DNA of 64,000 bases from Planctomycetota bacterium (GTDB taxonomy: Bacteria; Planctomycetota; UBA8742; UBA2392): positions 20,657 to 84,656 of the forward strand of contig JAOSKM010000001.1 in the NCBI GenBank assembly GCA_027493625.1, given 5' to 3'. Of this stretch, positions 1-9,127 are shown piece by piece (positions within the stretch are counted from its first letter, which is position 1; the number at the start of each line of letters is the position of its first letter). Both the position numbers and the translations under genes were made by a program. The notes beneath the pieces were generated by a model. It made no database searches. It was not told the DNA's origin and saw nothing but the letters and a program-made list of their open reading frames with translations.

Positions 1-339
1 TTCTCGCGACCCCGCAGTTCTTCGCGGCCTTCGCGTCAGACCGCTTTTCACGCGGCTACCCAAGCAGCAGCGTCAAACCACGTCTGTTCCACGGAAATCC
101 AGGTTGCGCGCCTGGCACTGATGCGACAACTATTCTGCGCGCGAAATCGCAACTTCCTCAAGTTTCCGTTTTCTGACATTCCGGGTTCGGGCGTCCTGCG
201 CGCAGAAACGGCCGTTCCGTGCTGTGCGGTCACATTCCGCGCCGACCAATGATTCGACCTCCGTCGCCCCGCAAGCCCGTCATGTAGAGGTTTCAAGCCA
301 TAGGCTTCCTCCGGTCCTGTTCACAGATCGGAGTCGCCC

Positions 340-3300
340 ATGTCGATTTATGCATTCACCGCCTGTCTTGTTCTGTTGCTGCTGCCCGCCCTCGGCGCTG
401 CCGAGCTTCATGTCGGCCAGCGCGAGGTAGACCCGGCCGTGCCGCACCGCAACGCCGCGGAGGTCGGCCCCGGAGTGCGCCTGGTCAACGGCTCGTTCGT
501 GCACGAACAGCTCGACCTGGCCACCGCCGGCCGCGTGATGGGCCTGAGCATGCGCCGCGTCTATCGCAGCGACATGCAGTTCGACGGCCCGCTGGGGAAG
601 GGCTGGACCTGCGAATACCTGCAGGCGGCCTGGCGCGACGCCGAAACCGGCGACCTGCTGTGGCACGACGCCGAAGGTTTCCTGCACATCTTCGTGCTGC
701 GCGAGGGCGCCTTCCGCGCGCCGCCCGGCGTTTACGTCAATGCGACCTGGGACGAGCAGGCCGAGACGGTCAGCCTGCGGCGCGCCGACGGCACGCGGCT
801 TGAATTCAACCCGGACGGCCGGCTCGCGGCAATCACCGACCGCGACGGCAACGGCATCTCCCTCCAGTACGACACCGATCACCGCCTGGCGTCGGTAACT
901 GACGACCGCGGCTTCCGCTGGGAGTTCGAGCACGACTCCGGCGGCCGCATCACCCGGCTGATCGACCGCGTCTGGCAGACCGAAACGCGCGAAGCCCGCG
1001 ACGTGGTGTACCAGTACGACGCCGACGGCCGGCTGGTGCGCGTGAAGCTGCCGGAGACCGCGCGCTACAACGACGCGCAGGAAAACCGCATCAGCCGTCG
1101 CTACGGCTACGACGCGGCGGGCCGCCTGAGCCAGGTGATTGAGCCCAACCAGGCGCCGACCGACGGCCCCGCGCGCATCGAGCTCGAGTACGACGCCGAC
1201 GGGCGTGTGGTCAGCTTCCGCGACGGCGACGCGATCGCCTGGCACCGGCTGCGCTACACGCAGGACGGCAACGGGCGCGCGCTGGTGCGCCACCTCGACC
1301 CACGCGGCGTGCGTGCCGACTACACGCTGGACAGCTTCGGGCGCACCGCGCGCCACGACCAGTACACCGGCTTCTGGGAAGTCTCGCTCGATCAGCCGCT
1401 TGACCACGCCTACGTCGCGCAGACCGGCGCCAGGCTGCGCCCGGGCGACCCGCCGCGCTTCACCACGCGCACGCGCTTCAACCGCGGCCACGAGCTCACG
1501 CGCCGCGAGCTTCCCGGCGGCGCTCGCGAAGAATTCAGCTACCCGTCGCCGGTTCGTCTGGCCCGCGGCCGCGCGAGCGCGATCAGCGGCGGCCAGCTCA
1601 CGCTCGACGACGCGCAGTGGGAGCCGGGGGCCTTTGCCGGCGGCTACCTGCGGATGGGCGCCAACCTCTCCGAGGCCCGCTACTACGAAGTTGCGGACAA
1701 CACCGAGGACACGCTGACCGTGGTCGGCATCGACCTGGCCCAGCAGGGCTGGGGCGCCGGCTCGGTGTTCGTGGTGTTCACGGAAAACCCGGACCCGCTG
1801 GCGGCCGGCAACCTGCTGGAGCACCGGCGCATCTCGTCGGATCCGGACCAGGCCGACATCGTCCGCAGTTGGAGCTATGAGCCGTACTTCCAGCAGGTGC
1901 GCAGCGCGACCTCCGCGCGGGGCTTCACGACCAGCTGGACCTTCGGCTTCGACGAAAGCGGCGACCCGGCCGCCGCCGGCGCGGGCTGCGTGCTGCGCAA
2001 GACCATGCCGCCGGTGACGGTGCTGCTCAGCGACGGCACCACGGAGACCGTCAGCTACGAAACCCGCTACGCCTACAACGAGTTCGGACAGCTCACGGAG
2101 ACGGTGGACCCGCAGGGCGGCGTCGAGTCGCGCAGCTACCAAGAAAGCGGCGACCAGGCGGGTTTCCTGCATGAAGTCGCGCGTGCCACCGGAAGCACGT
2201 CGCTGGTCGAGCGTTTCGAGTACGACAAGACCGGTGTGTTGACCGGTCAATACCCACCTGCGGCGTTCGACCCCGGCGCCGACCCCGAGGCCTTCAAGCT
2301 GACATGGCAGCTCAACGAGCTGGGCCAGCGCTGGCGCGAGCTGGGCCCGGTCGTGGGCGGCGACGAGCGCGCCGAGACCTGCCGCTACTACGACCCCAGC
2401 GGCAACGAGGTACGCACCTGGCGCAAATACGTCACCGCCGCCGGCCTGGCCCCCGCCGCGCCGGCCGATCTCAATGACCCCAACAGCTTCGGCAAAGAAG
2501 GCGCGGCCATGGCCGCCACCTGGGCCGAGACCGTGCGCGAGTACGACCTCGCCGGCCGGCTGCTGAGCGAGACCAGCGACGCCGTGGCCGCCGCGCCGGT
2601 CGAAACCGTGACCTGGAGCCGCGAGTACGACGCGCTCGGCAACTGCACCGCGCGCGTCAGCCCGCTGCTCAAGCGCACGGCCTGGAGCTTCGATGAGCGC
2701 GGCCTGCTGTGGCGCCGCACCGAGGGCGCCGGCAGCGACGTCGAGGCCTCGTACGAGCACGACTACGACCTCGACGGGCGCGTCGCCGCCGAGCGCACGC
2801 CGCTGGGCCACGCCACGGTGCACGCGTACGACGGCCACGGCCGCGAAGTCACGGTGACCGACCCGGCCGGCAATGTCCGCGGTTTCGAGTGGGATGGCGC
2901 GGGCAACCTGCTGGCGGAGTTGTGCGGCGATGCCGAGGGCGCAGTACTGGCCCGCACGGACTGGAGTTATGACGAGCTGGATCGGCGCTGCACGCAGCTG
3001 CGCCTGGCCGCCGACGCCGACGGGGCGCAGATCGGCGACGGCTACGAGCTCACGCGCCTGACGCTCGACGGGCGCGGCGCGATCGTCGCGATCAACGATG
3101 GCCCGGGCCGCACCTGGGTGTTCGAGCACGACGCCGCCGGCCGCCTGGTGCGCCGCGCCGACCCGGCCGGCAACGAGATGCTGCTCAGCCTGAACGCTTC
3201 CGGCCAGGTCACGCAGGTCGAGTACCGGGATTACAACCAGCTCAACGGCGAAACGGAGATCGCGTACTGGCAGGCAGATTACGGCCCGCTGGGGCTGCCC

Positions 3301-5835
3301 TCCGAGGTGCGGGACCGCCGGCACCAGGGCGCCGACTTCGATACCACGCAGAGCTTCGACTGGGACGGCTGGGGCCGGCTGGTCACGGCGCGCGACGCCG
3401 CGGGCACTGAGGTCGCGCACAGCTACGACCTGCGCTCGCGCCAGACCGGGCGCAGCGAAGGGGGGCCCGGCGGCCGCTACTTCGGGCATGAGTGGGACCG
3501 CGACGACGCCAAAGCGGCCGTATCGATGGCTTCAGCACCCGGGGTGTCCGGCCAGGTCACCAGCTACAGCTATGACGCCCGCGGGCGGCTGACCGGCGTA
3601 CAGCACCCCGATGAAACCGGCTTCACGCAGGCCTGGGACGACGACTCGAACCTCTCCACGCTGGTGGACGAGACCGGCACCACGCTGACGCACACCTACG
3701 ACCCGCGCGGCCTGTTGACGCAGCGCGACATCCTGCCCGCGGGCGGCGCCGCCGGCGCGACCCGGGAGACCTGGCTGCACGACGCGGCGGGGAGGCTGCT
3801 GGCCGCGGAATCCCGGCGCGGCGACGAGCTGCTTGCCGCCCAGGGCTGGCGCTGGAACACCCTGCACCGCGCGGAGTCGCATACCCTGACCATCGGCAAC
3901 GGCGAAGGCGACCCGCTGGGAAGCTGGACCACCGGCGCGCGGTACGACGCGCACGGGGCCATGACGCGGCTGACATTCAGCGACGCCAACGGGCTGACCT
4001 TCGGGCGTGACCTGCTGTCGCGCACCGCGAGTGTCCTTGACGCGTCAACGGAAGTCTCCCTGGCCCAGCGCCTGTGGGCAGGCCCCGACCGCGCGGTCTC
4101 CATCACCTGCGGCAACGGCGTGCAGACGCTGTTCAGCTACGGGCCGGGCCGGCAAGGCCCCGCCCGCCGCGTCGCCCATGCCCGGGAGGGCCAGGTGCTG
4201 TGGGGTGTCGAGCGCCGCCGCGACATCCGCGGCCTGCCGGTGCGCGAACGCCGCGAGCACGAGGGCGGCACAGGCCGCGTCTGGCAGTACGACGAGCTGC
4301 AGCGCGTCACGGCCGTCATGCGCGGCGCCGACCTTTCCGGGCCGCTGCTGGACGAGCCGTCCGAGCCCCAGCTCTACGGCACCCTGCGGCAACTGACGCT
4401 GGACGCATTCAGCAACCGCAACGGCGCCGGGGCCGTGCGCGACCTGGACCCGCAGGGTGACACGCTGCGCGTGCAGGCCTACGTGCTCGCGGACGGCAAC
4501 TGCAACCGCTACGCCTTTGCAGACGGGCTGGCGTTCGCCCATGATGCCGCGGGCCGCGTCAGCCAAGACGGCGCCGCCGGCGTCAGCTACAGCCATGACT
4601 ACCGCGGGCGAACCGTGGCGCTGGACGGCGCAGAAGGCGTGCTGCGCAAGCTGACGCATGACGCGCTGGGGCGCCGCGTGCTTGAGGAAGAGTACGCCGG
4701 CGAAACGCTGCTGACGCGTACCGTGCTGGTGTACGGGCCGGAAGGCGATCAGCCGGTGGAGGAAATCGTGCTGGACGCCGAGGGCGTTGAAGTCGGGCGC
4801 GTGCAGTACGCGGGCGACGGCGTCACGCTGCTGGCCGAACGCGCGGCCGGCGCCTGGCGCTATCGCCACCACGACCAGGACGGCAGCCTGCTGGGCCTGA
4901 CGGACGAGTCCGGGGCGCGCGTGGTCGAGTACGACTACCAGCCCTTCGGCGCGCCGATCCGCCGCGGCATCCTTTACGACCTGCCCGCGGCCGCGACGCT
5001 TACGGTGCAGGCGAAAACCCCGGACCAGGTCACCACGCGCATCCACGTCGAACCGGCGAACCTCACGCCCGGCGCCCTGGCGGGGCACGAACTGGCGCTC
5101 TCGCTGCCCGACGGCTGCCGCGGCGGCGCGGTGCTGGACAACACGGCGGGCAGCATCGACGTGCACGACCCCGATGGCCGGGTGGCCGACGCGCTGCTGA
5201 ACCAGGGCGCCAGGTTCCTCGTGTACCGGGCCCGTCTGTCGGCGCAGCCCTTCGGGTGGAGCTACGACAGCGAGAACGACGTCTCGACCTTCAGCGTGGC
5301 CGGCGCCGGCTTTGCACCCTGGCTGCTGGGCGGCTGGCTGACGCCCGACCTCGAGCGCCCGACCTGCCTCGAAATCATCGAGGTCGACCCGCTGGGCGAA
5401 TGGCTGAAAGTGCGCGGCAACGCGGCCGGACTGCCGGGGCCCGGGGCGCGCTACCGCGTGGTGCCGCCGGCGGGCGCCGACGAAGCGGGTCACGACGCAG
5501 CGCACGGCGAGCGCTACCTGTTCCGCGGCTGGCGCCACGACCGCGCGCCGCGCCTCTCTGGCTGGCCGGTGTCGCCGTGGTTCAGCCGGCTGGGCAGTTA
5601 CGACAACTGCGGGCGGCGTTACGACCCGCGTGTGGGGCGCTGGAGCATTCCTGCCGAGGCTGACGGGAACCGCTACGAGTTCGCGCCCTGGGGCGGGCTT
5701 GAGGACCTCACTCCTCCGAGCGCCGCTCCCGGATGTTCCGGAACATGGTCGCCCAGCCGGGCATGTCCAGCTCGAACTCCGATGCAACCGGCGTGCCGCT
5801 GCGCTGCGCCAGCGAAGCCGGGCTGGTCTGGATGA
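340..5835 (+). CDS. RHS/YD-repeat protein, secreted, with no C-terminal toxin domain
   Basis: 1831-aa ORF with a hydrophobic signal-like N-terminus (MSIYAFTACLVLLLLPALGAAE). Many YD-type repeats (YDADGRLVRV, YGYDAAGRLSQV, YDADGRVVSF, YDPRGLLTQRD). RHS-core-like end RRYDPRVGRWSIPAEADGNRYEFAPWGG near 5700. The last 41 codons (5710-5832) are antisense to the next gene and look non-coding. Confidence 0.85.
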   Translation: MSIYAFTACLVLLLLPALGAAELHVGQREVDPAVPHRNAAEVGPGVRLVNGSFVHEQLDLATAGRVMGLSMRRVYRSDMQFDGPLGKGWTCEYLQAAWRDAETGDLLWHDAEGFLHIFVLREGAFRAPPGVYVNATWDEQAETVSLRRADGTRLEFNPDGRLAAITDRDGNGISLQYDTDHRLASVTDDRGFRWEFEHDSGGRITRLIDRVWQTETREARDVVYQYDADGRLVRVKLPETARYNDAQENRISRRYGYDAAGRLSQVIEPNQAPTDGPARIELEYDADGRVVSFRDGDAIAWHRLRYTQDGNGRALVRHLDPRGVRADYTLDSFGRTARHDQYTGFWEVSLDQPLDHAYVAQTGARLRPGDPPRFTTRTRFNRGHELTRRELPGGAREEFSYPSPVRLARGRASAISGGQLTLDDAQWEPGAFAGGYLRMGANLSEARYYEVADNTEDTLTVVGIDLAQQGWGAGSVFVVFTENPDPLAAGNLLEHRRISSDPDQADIVRSWSYEPYFQQVRSATSARGFTTSWTFGFDESGDPAAAGAGCVLRKTMPPVTVLLSDGTTETVSYETRYAYNEFGQLTETVDPQGGVESRSYQESGDQAGFLHEVARATGSTSLVERFEYDKTGVLTGQYPPAAFDPGADPEAFKLTWQLNELGQRWRELGPVVGGDERAETCRYYDPSGNEVRTWRKYVTAAGLAPAAPADLNDPNSFGKEGAAMAATWAETVREYDLAGRLLSETSDAVAAAPVETVTWSREYDALGNCTARVSPLLKRTAWSFDERGLLWRRTEGAGSDVEASYEHDYDLDGRVAAERTPLGHATVHAYDGHGREVTVTDPAGNVRGFEWDGAGNLLAELCGDAEGAVLARTDWSYDELDRRCTQLRLAADADGAQIGDGYELTRLTLDGRGAIVAINDGPGRTWVFEHDAAGRLVRRADPAGNEMLLSLNASGQVTQVEYRDYNQLNGETEIAYWQADYGPLGLPSEVRDRRHQGADFDTTQSFDWDGWGRLVTARDAAGTEVAHSYDLRSRQTGRSEGGPGGRYFGHEWDRDDAKAAVSMASAPGVSGQVTSYSYDARGRLTGVQHPDETGFTQAWDDDSNLSTLVDETGTTLTHTYDPRGLLTQRDILPAGGAAGATRETWLHDAAGRLLAAESRRGDELLAAQGWRWNTLHRAESHTLTIGNGEGDPLGSWTTGARYDAHGAMTRLTFSDANGLTFGRDLLSRTASVLDASTEVSLAQRLWAGPDRAVSITCGNGVQTLFSYGPGRQGPARRVAHAREGQVLWGVERRRDIRGLPVRERREHEGGTGRVWQYDELQRVTAVMRGADLSGPLLDEPSEPQLYGTLRQLTLDAFSNRNGAGAVRDLDPQGDTLRVQAYVLADGNCNRYAFADGLAFAHDAAGRVSQDGAAGVSYSHDYRGRTVALDGAEGVLRKLTHDALGRRVLEEEYAGETLLTRTVLVYGPEGDQPVEEIVLDAEGVEVGRVQYAGDGVTLLAERAAGAWRYRHHDQDGSLLGLTDESGARVVEYDYQPFGAPIRRGILYDLPAAATLTVQAKTPDQVTTRIHVEPANLTPGALAGHELALSLPDGCRGGAVLDNTAGSIDVHDPDGRVADALLNQGARFLVYRARLSAQPFGWSYDSENDVSTFSVAGAGFAPWLLGGWLTPDLERPTCLEIIEVDPLGEWLKVRGNAAGLPGPGARYRVVPPAGADEAGHDAAHGERYLFRGWRHDRAPRLSGWPVSPWFSRLGSYDNCGRRYDPRVGRWSIPAEADGNRYEFAPWGGLEDLTPPSAAPGCSGTWSPSRACPARTPMQPACRCAAPAKPGWSG

Positions 5836-6253
5836 TGCGGAAATCGCAGAGCCCCTGGGTCACCAGCGTGACCCACACCGTCTGCATCTGCGGCGTGCCG
5901 GTGTTGAGCAGCACATAGATGTCGTGGTCGAGGAGGCGGATCGTGCGATCCGCCTCCTCCAGGAAACGAGCCAGCGTGTAGGCGATTTCCAGGTGGTCCG
6001 TGGGATTGGCCAGGCGCAGCACCCTGATGTCCGTCTGCACCGGCTGCGGGATGTTCATCAACTCGCGCACCAGGTGCTCGGAGTCAGCCAGCGTCTCCGG
6101 CACCGCAAGCAGCAGGTGCTGGTCGAAGAAGCCGGCGTACTCAGAGTCCCGCAGCAGCTGCAGGTGCGCGCCGGGTTCAGAACGGCCGGAGCGGAAGGTG
6201 TAGGGCTCACGCCCCCGCCCGCTCCATGACAGCAGGATTTTCCGTCTGCTCAC
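5708..6253 (-). CDS. Stand-alone RtcR-N-terminal-like (CARF-type) domain protein, 181 aa, lacking the AAA+ sigma54 and HTH modules
   Basis: By eye it aligns along its length with the N-terminal sensor domain of the RtcR family. Matching blocks: RKILLSWSGRGREPY, LRLANPTDHLEIAYTLARFLEE, DIYVLLNTGTPQMQTVWVTLVTQGLCDFRIIQTSP, EFELDMPGWATMFRNIRERR. GC-rich third codon positions. The ORF stops where RtcR would continue into its AAA+ domain. Confidence 0.6.
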   Translation of the reverse strand: MSRRKILLSWSGRGREPYTFRSGRSEPGAHLQLLRDSEYAGFFDQHLLLAVPETLADSEHLVRELMNIPQPVQTDIRVLRLANPTDHLEIAYTLARFLEEADRTIRLLDHDIYVLLNTGTPQMQTVWVTLVTQGLCDFRIIQTSPASLAQRSGTPVASEFELDMPGWATMFRNIRERRSEE

Positions 6254-6938
6254 GTTTCAGCCCGCCCATCGAAGCGACGATCAAAGCCGCAAAGGCCGGC
6301 ACCGCGGCCAGCCACAAAGTGGATGCTTCCAGCATGCCCAGCCCGGTTGCGCCCGACAACTCCGACCAGTGACCGAGGTACAACACCGGGCGGCGCAGCG
6401 GGTCGCCGCCGACCGCATCCTGCGCAAAGCCCAGCCACGGGCAGCCCTGCAAGGCCCATGTCTCGGCGGTGGCCGTGAACGCGGGCAGCTTCCAGTAGAA
6501 GAACGGCAGGCCGCAAAGCAGCAGCCAGAAGGCAGTGGCCGCCACACCGGCGCCCCGGCCGATCGAGCCCACGGACACCCCCAGCAGCGCTGCCGCCACG
6601 CACCATGAGGCCGTGCGCACGAACAACGCGGGCTCGAACAGGCTGACGCAAGCGGCAAGCAGCAGCGCCGCGACCAGCGCCGCCAGGCCGAGGCCGCCGG
6701 CGTCTCGCGCGCTGGAAGGCCGGCGAGACAGCAAAGCGCCCAGGGGCAATGAGAGTGTGACCGCCAGCAGCGCCAGCGCGGGACGATCGGAAGCGGCCAG
6801 CGGGTTCAGCCCGGCCGCCAGCATCACCAGCAGGCCGGCGCCCAGGCCGGCGACCAGGCCGCGCAGGGCAGGGTGGCGCAGCTTACTCGTCGTCGAACTC
6901 GTCTTCGGGGACGGGGACTTCGAGGAGGGCGTCGTCAT
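6207..6938 (-). CDS. Polytopic membrane protein of unknown function
   Basis: 243-aa ORF with 5-6 hydrophobic segments and no recognisable family. ATG 6938 overlaps the rnc 3' end by 56 nt, so the true start is uncertain. Its 3' end overlaps the CARF-like gene start by 47 nt. Confidence 0.45.
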   Translation of the reverse strand: MTTPSSKSPSPKTSSTTSKLRHPALRGLVAGLGAGLLVMLAAGLNPLAASDRPALALLAVTLSLPLGALLSRRPSSARDAGGLGLAALVAALLLAACVSLFEPALFVRTASWCVAAALLGVSVGSIGRGAGVAATAFWLLLCGLPFFYWKLPAFTATAETWALQGCPWLGFAQDAVGGDPLRRPVLYLGHWSELSGATGLGMLEASTLWLAAVPAFAALIVASMGGLKREQTENPAVMERAGA

Positions 6939-7707
6939 CGTCTTCCTTGTCGAATTCTTTCAGCAGCTCCGTCAGCGCCGCCTTGGCGGCACGCTGCTCT
7001 GCTTCCTTCTTATTACGTCCCACACCGGGGCCGAATGTGACACCGTCAACGGAAACGACGACGTGAAACTCTTTCTGGTGGTCGGGGCCGACTTCGCTGA
7101 TCACCTTGTAGGCCGGCGCGCGGTCGCTCTTGGACTGCACCAGGTGCTGCAGGGCCGACTTGTAGTTCTGCTGGAACTGATGGTTGGTGATGCTCTGGAT
7201 CACCGGCCCCAGGTCGGCCTCGACAAACCGGCGTGCTTCTTCCAGGCCGCCTTCCTCGTACAGCGCGCAGAGCAGTGCCTCGTACAGGTTGGCCAGGATG
7301 CTGGTGGGCAGCCGCGCGCCGCCTTCGCGCCGCACGCCCTTGCCCAGGTACATCAGCTCGGCGAAGCCCATCTCGCGCACGCGATCAGCCAGCACGGCGC
7401 GGCTGACGGCCACCGACTTCACCCGGGTCAGCTCACCTTCGGGAAAATCGGGGTACATGCGGTACAGCATTTCGCTCACGATCAGGCCCAGCACGGCGTC
7501 GCCCAGGAATTCCATGCGCTCGTTGCTGGGGTGCTTGGTCGATTTCGCGCTGCTGTGCGTCAGCGCGTGGCGCAGCGGGTCGGTGTTCTTGAACTCGTAG
7601 CCCAGCAGCTCGGCCGCGCGCACCAGCCGCTCGCTGTCGGATTTGCCCTTGGCGGGCTTCGGCGTTGTCGCAGCCGGGCGGGCCCGGTCGGCCGAATCGG
7701 TGGTCAT
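6883..7707 (-). CDS. rnc: Ribonuclease III
   Basis: RNase III catalytic signature (NERMEFLGDAVLGLIVSE) and a C-terminal dsRNA-binding domain (GVGRNKKEAEQRAAKAAL). Start placed at ATG 7707, preceded by GAGGAGA. The ORF track's first Met is at 7779. Confidence 0.9.
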   Translation of the reverse strand: MTTDSADRARPAATTPKPAKGKSDSERLVRAAELLGYEFKNTDPLRHALTHSSAKSTKHPSNERMEFLGDAVLGLIVSEMLYRMYPDFPEGELTRVKSVAVSRAVLADRVREMGFAELMYLGKGVRREGGARLPTSILANLYEALLCALYEEGGLEEARRFVEADLGPVIQSITNHQFQQNYKSALQHLVQSKSDRAPAYKVISEVGPDHQKEFHVVVSVDGVTFGPGVGRNKKEAEQRAAKAALTELLKEFDKEDDDDALLEVPVPEDEFDDE

Positions 7708-7815
7708 GGATGTCTCCTCACGTCGCGTGAGGAGTCCGAGGCGCCCCCCGAGGGACGTCTCGGACCACTCACTGCGCACATGCTAGGCGGGCGGAGTGGA
7801 ACCGGCAAGCCACAG

Positions 7816-9127
7816 CTAGCCCGGCAACTGGGGGGTGGTCAGGCGTTCGCTGCGGGTGCTGAGCGCGAGCTTGAAGCGACGGGCGCGGTTCAGGCCGGGC
7901 AGCACGGCCAGCTCAATGGCAATCGCGGCGACATAGCACACGATGGTGGTGCCGATCACGATGCGGAAACGGCCGTCATCCATGGCGATCAGATAGCCCG
8001 AAACGAAGTTGGCGATCGTGAAAAAGATGTGCCGCGAGGAATGCACCCACACGGCCACGGCGTTGCGGTCGCGCTCGTCAGCCACTTCCTGGGCGAACTG
8101 TTTGTAGATGGGGTCGCTGCCGTTCATCAGCACCTGGCGGGCGATGAAGGCCGTGATGGCGGCCCACAGGTAGTGGCCCAGGGCCAGTTCGATGAAGAAG
8201 GGCAGGCTCAGGATCTGGCTGGCGATCATCACCTTTACCGGCCCGGAAGCGCCGCACCAGCGGCGGCGTCGCCAGGTAGCCCACCACCAGCACGCCGAAC
8301 ATGGCCATGAACACCGGCGCGATCTGCTGCGGCGTCAGGCCCCACTCGTTCTTGAAGTAGACGTTGAAGAACGGGATGGTCAGGCCGGCGCCGAAGCCGA
8401 TCACCATTTCCGGCAGGCCCAGCCACAGCAGCTTCTTCTTGTCGTGGAAGGTCAGAATCTGGCGCAGCGTTTTGCCCGCCCCGTCGGGCGCGCCTTCGCG
8501 CACCAGCGCGATCGGCAGCAGCGCGAACAGCACGAAGCCCGCCGCCACCAGCAGCGTCGCGCGATAGCCGAACAGCTGCGCCGGCACAGTCTCGCCCAGC
8601 ATGCTCACGTCGCCCAGCGCCGCGAACCACTGCTGCAGCAGGCCGGAAAGCAGCGCGCCCAGGAAGCCCGACAGCGGCCACGAGATCGTGCTCAGCAGGG
8701 CGAAGCCGAAGATGCGCTCCTTGATGCCGGTGTTGCGCATCAGGAACGGCGCGCCCAGCGCCATGTTCAGGCTCATGGCCACGCCCGCCGCCAGCGCTGC
8801 GCCCTGGAACACTTCCAGCGTCCCGAACAGCCCCTGCGCCGCGAAACCCAGCGCGTTGGCCACGCAGATGCAGGCCAGCAGCGTCTTGGCGCGGAAGCGG
8901 CTGATGATCACCACGGCCGGCAACGCGATCAGCAGCCCGCCCAGGCTGTTGAAGCCCTGCACGCTGGTGACCTGCTGGTCGGCGAGCCCGAGGTCCACCA
9001 GGTACTGGTTGCGCAGCACCATGAAAACCTGGCGGCCGATGCCCATCACCAGCGCGGCCCACAGCCACAGCCACACGTTGCGCTGCAGCAGCCCGAAGTT
9101 TCGCAGATAGTCGCGGAAGGCCTTCAC
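7816..9127 (-). CDS. MFS transporter interrupted by one frameshift (assembly indel or pseudogene)
   Basis: The N-terminal TM bundle is in ORF 8078-9172 and the C-terminal TMs are in ORF 7816-8232 in another frame. Sensible protein sequence continues across a junction near 8238-8249 (LVRRF / GPVKVMIASQILSLPFF). GTG 9127 overlaps the upstream gene's stop as GTGA. Confidence 0.7.

Noticed and set aside
113-130. TGGCAC upstream of the RHS gene as a sigma54 -24 element.
   Set aside because: The GC of the -12 element is not at the required spacing (the sequence is TGGCACtgatgcgac), so there is no TGGCAC-N5-TTGC match.
280-3489. 1069-aa ORF antisense to the RHS gene. The 580-aa ORF at 4045-5787 is the same kind of case.
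   Set aside because: The composition is Ala/Arg/Gly/Val-rich with no motifs, typical of open antisense frames in high-GC DNA. The plus-strand frame carries unmistakable YD repeats.
6535-8310. 591-aa plus-strand ORF across the membrane-protein, rnc and MFS genes.
   Set aside because: It is antisense to recognisable rnc and MFS coding sequence, and its sequence is low-complexity junk.
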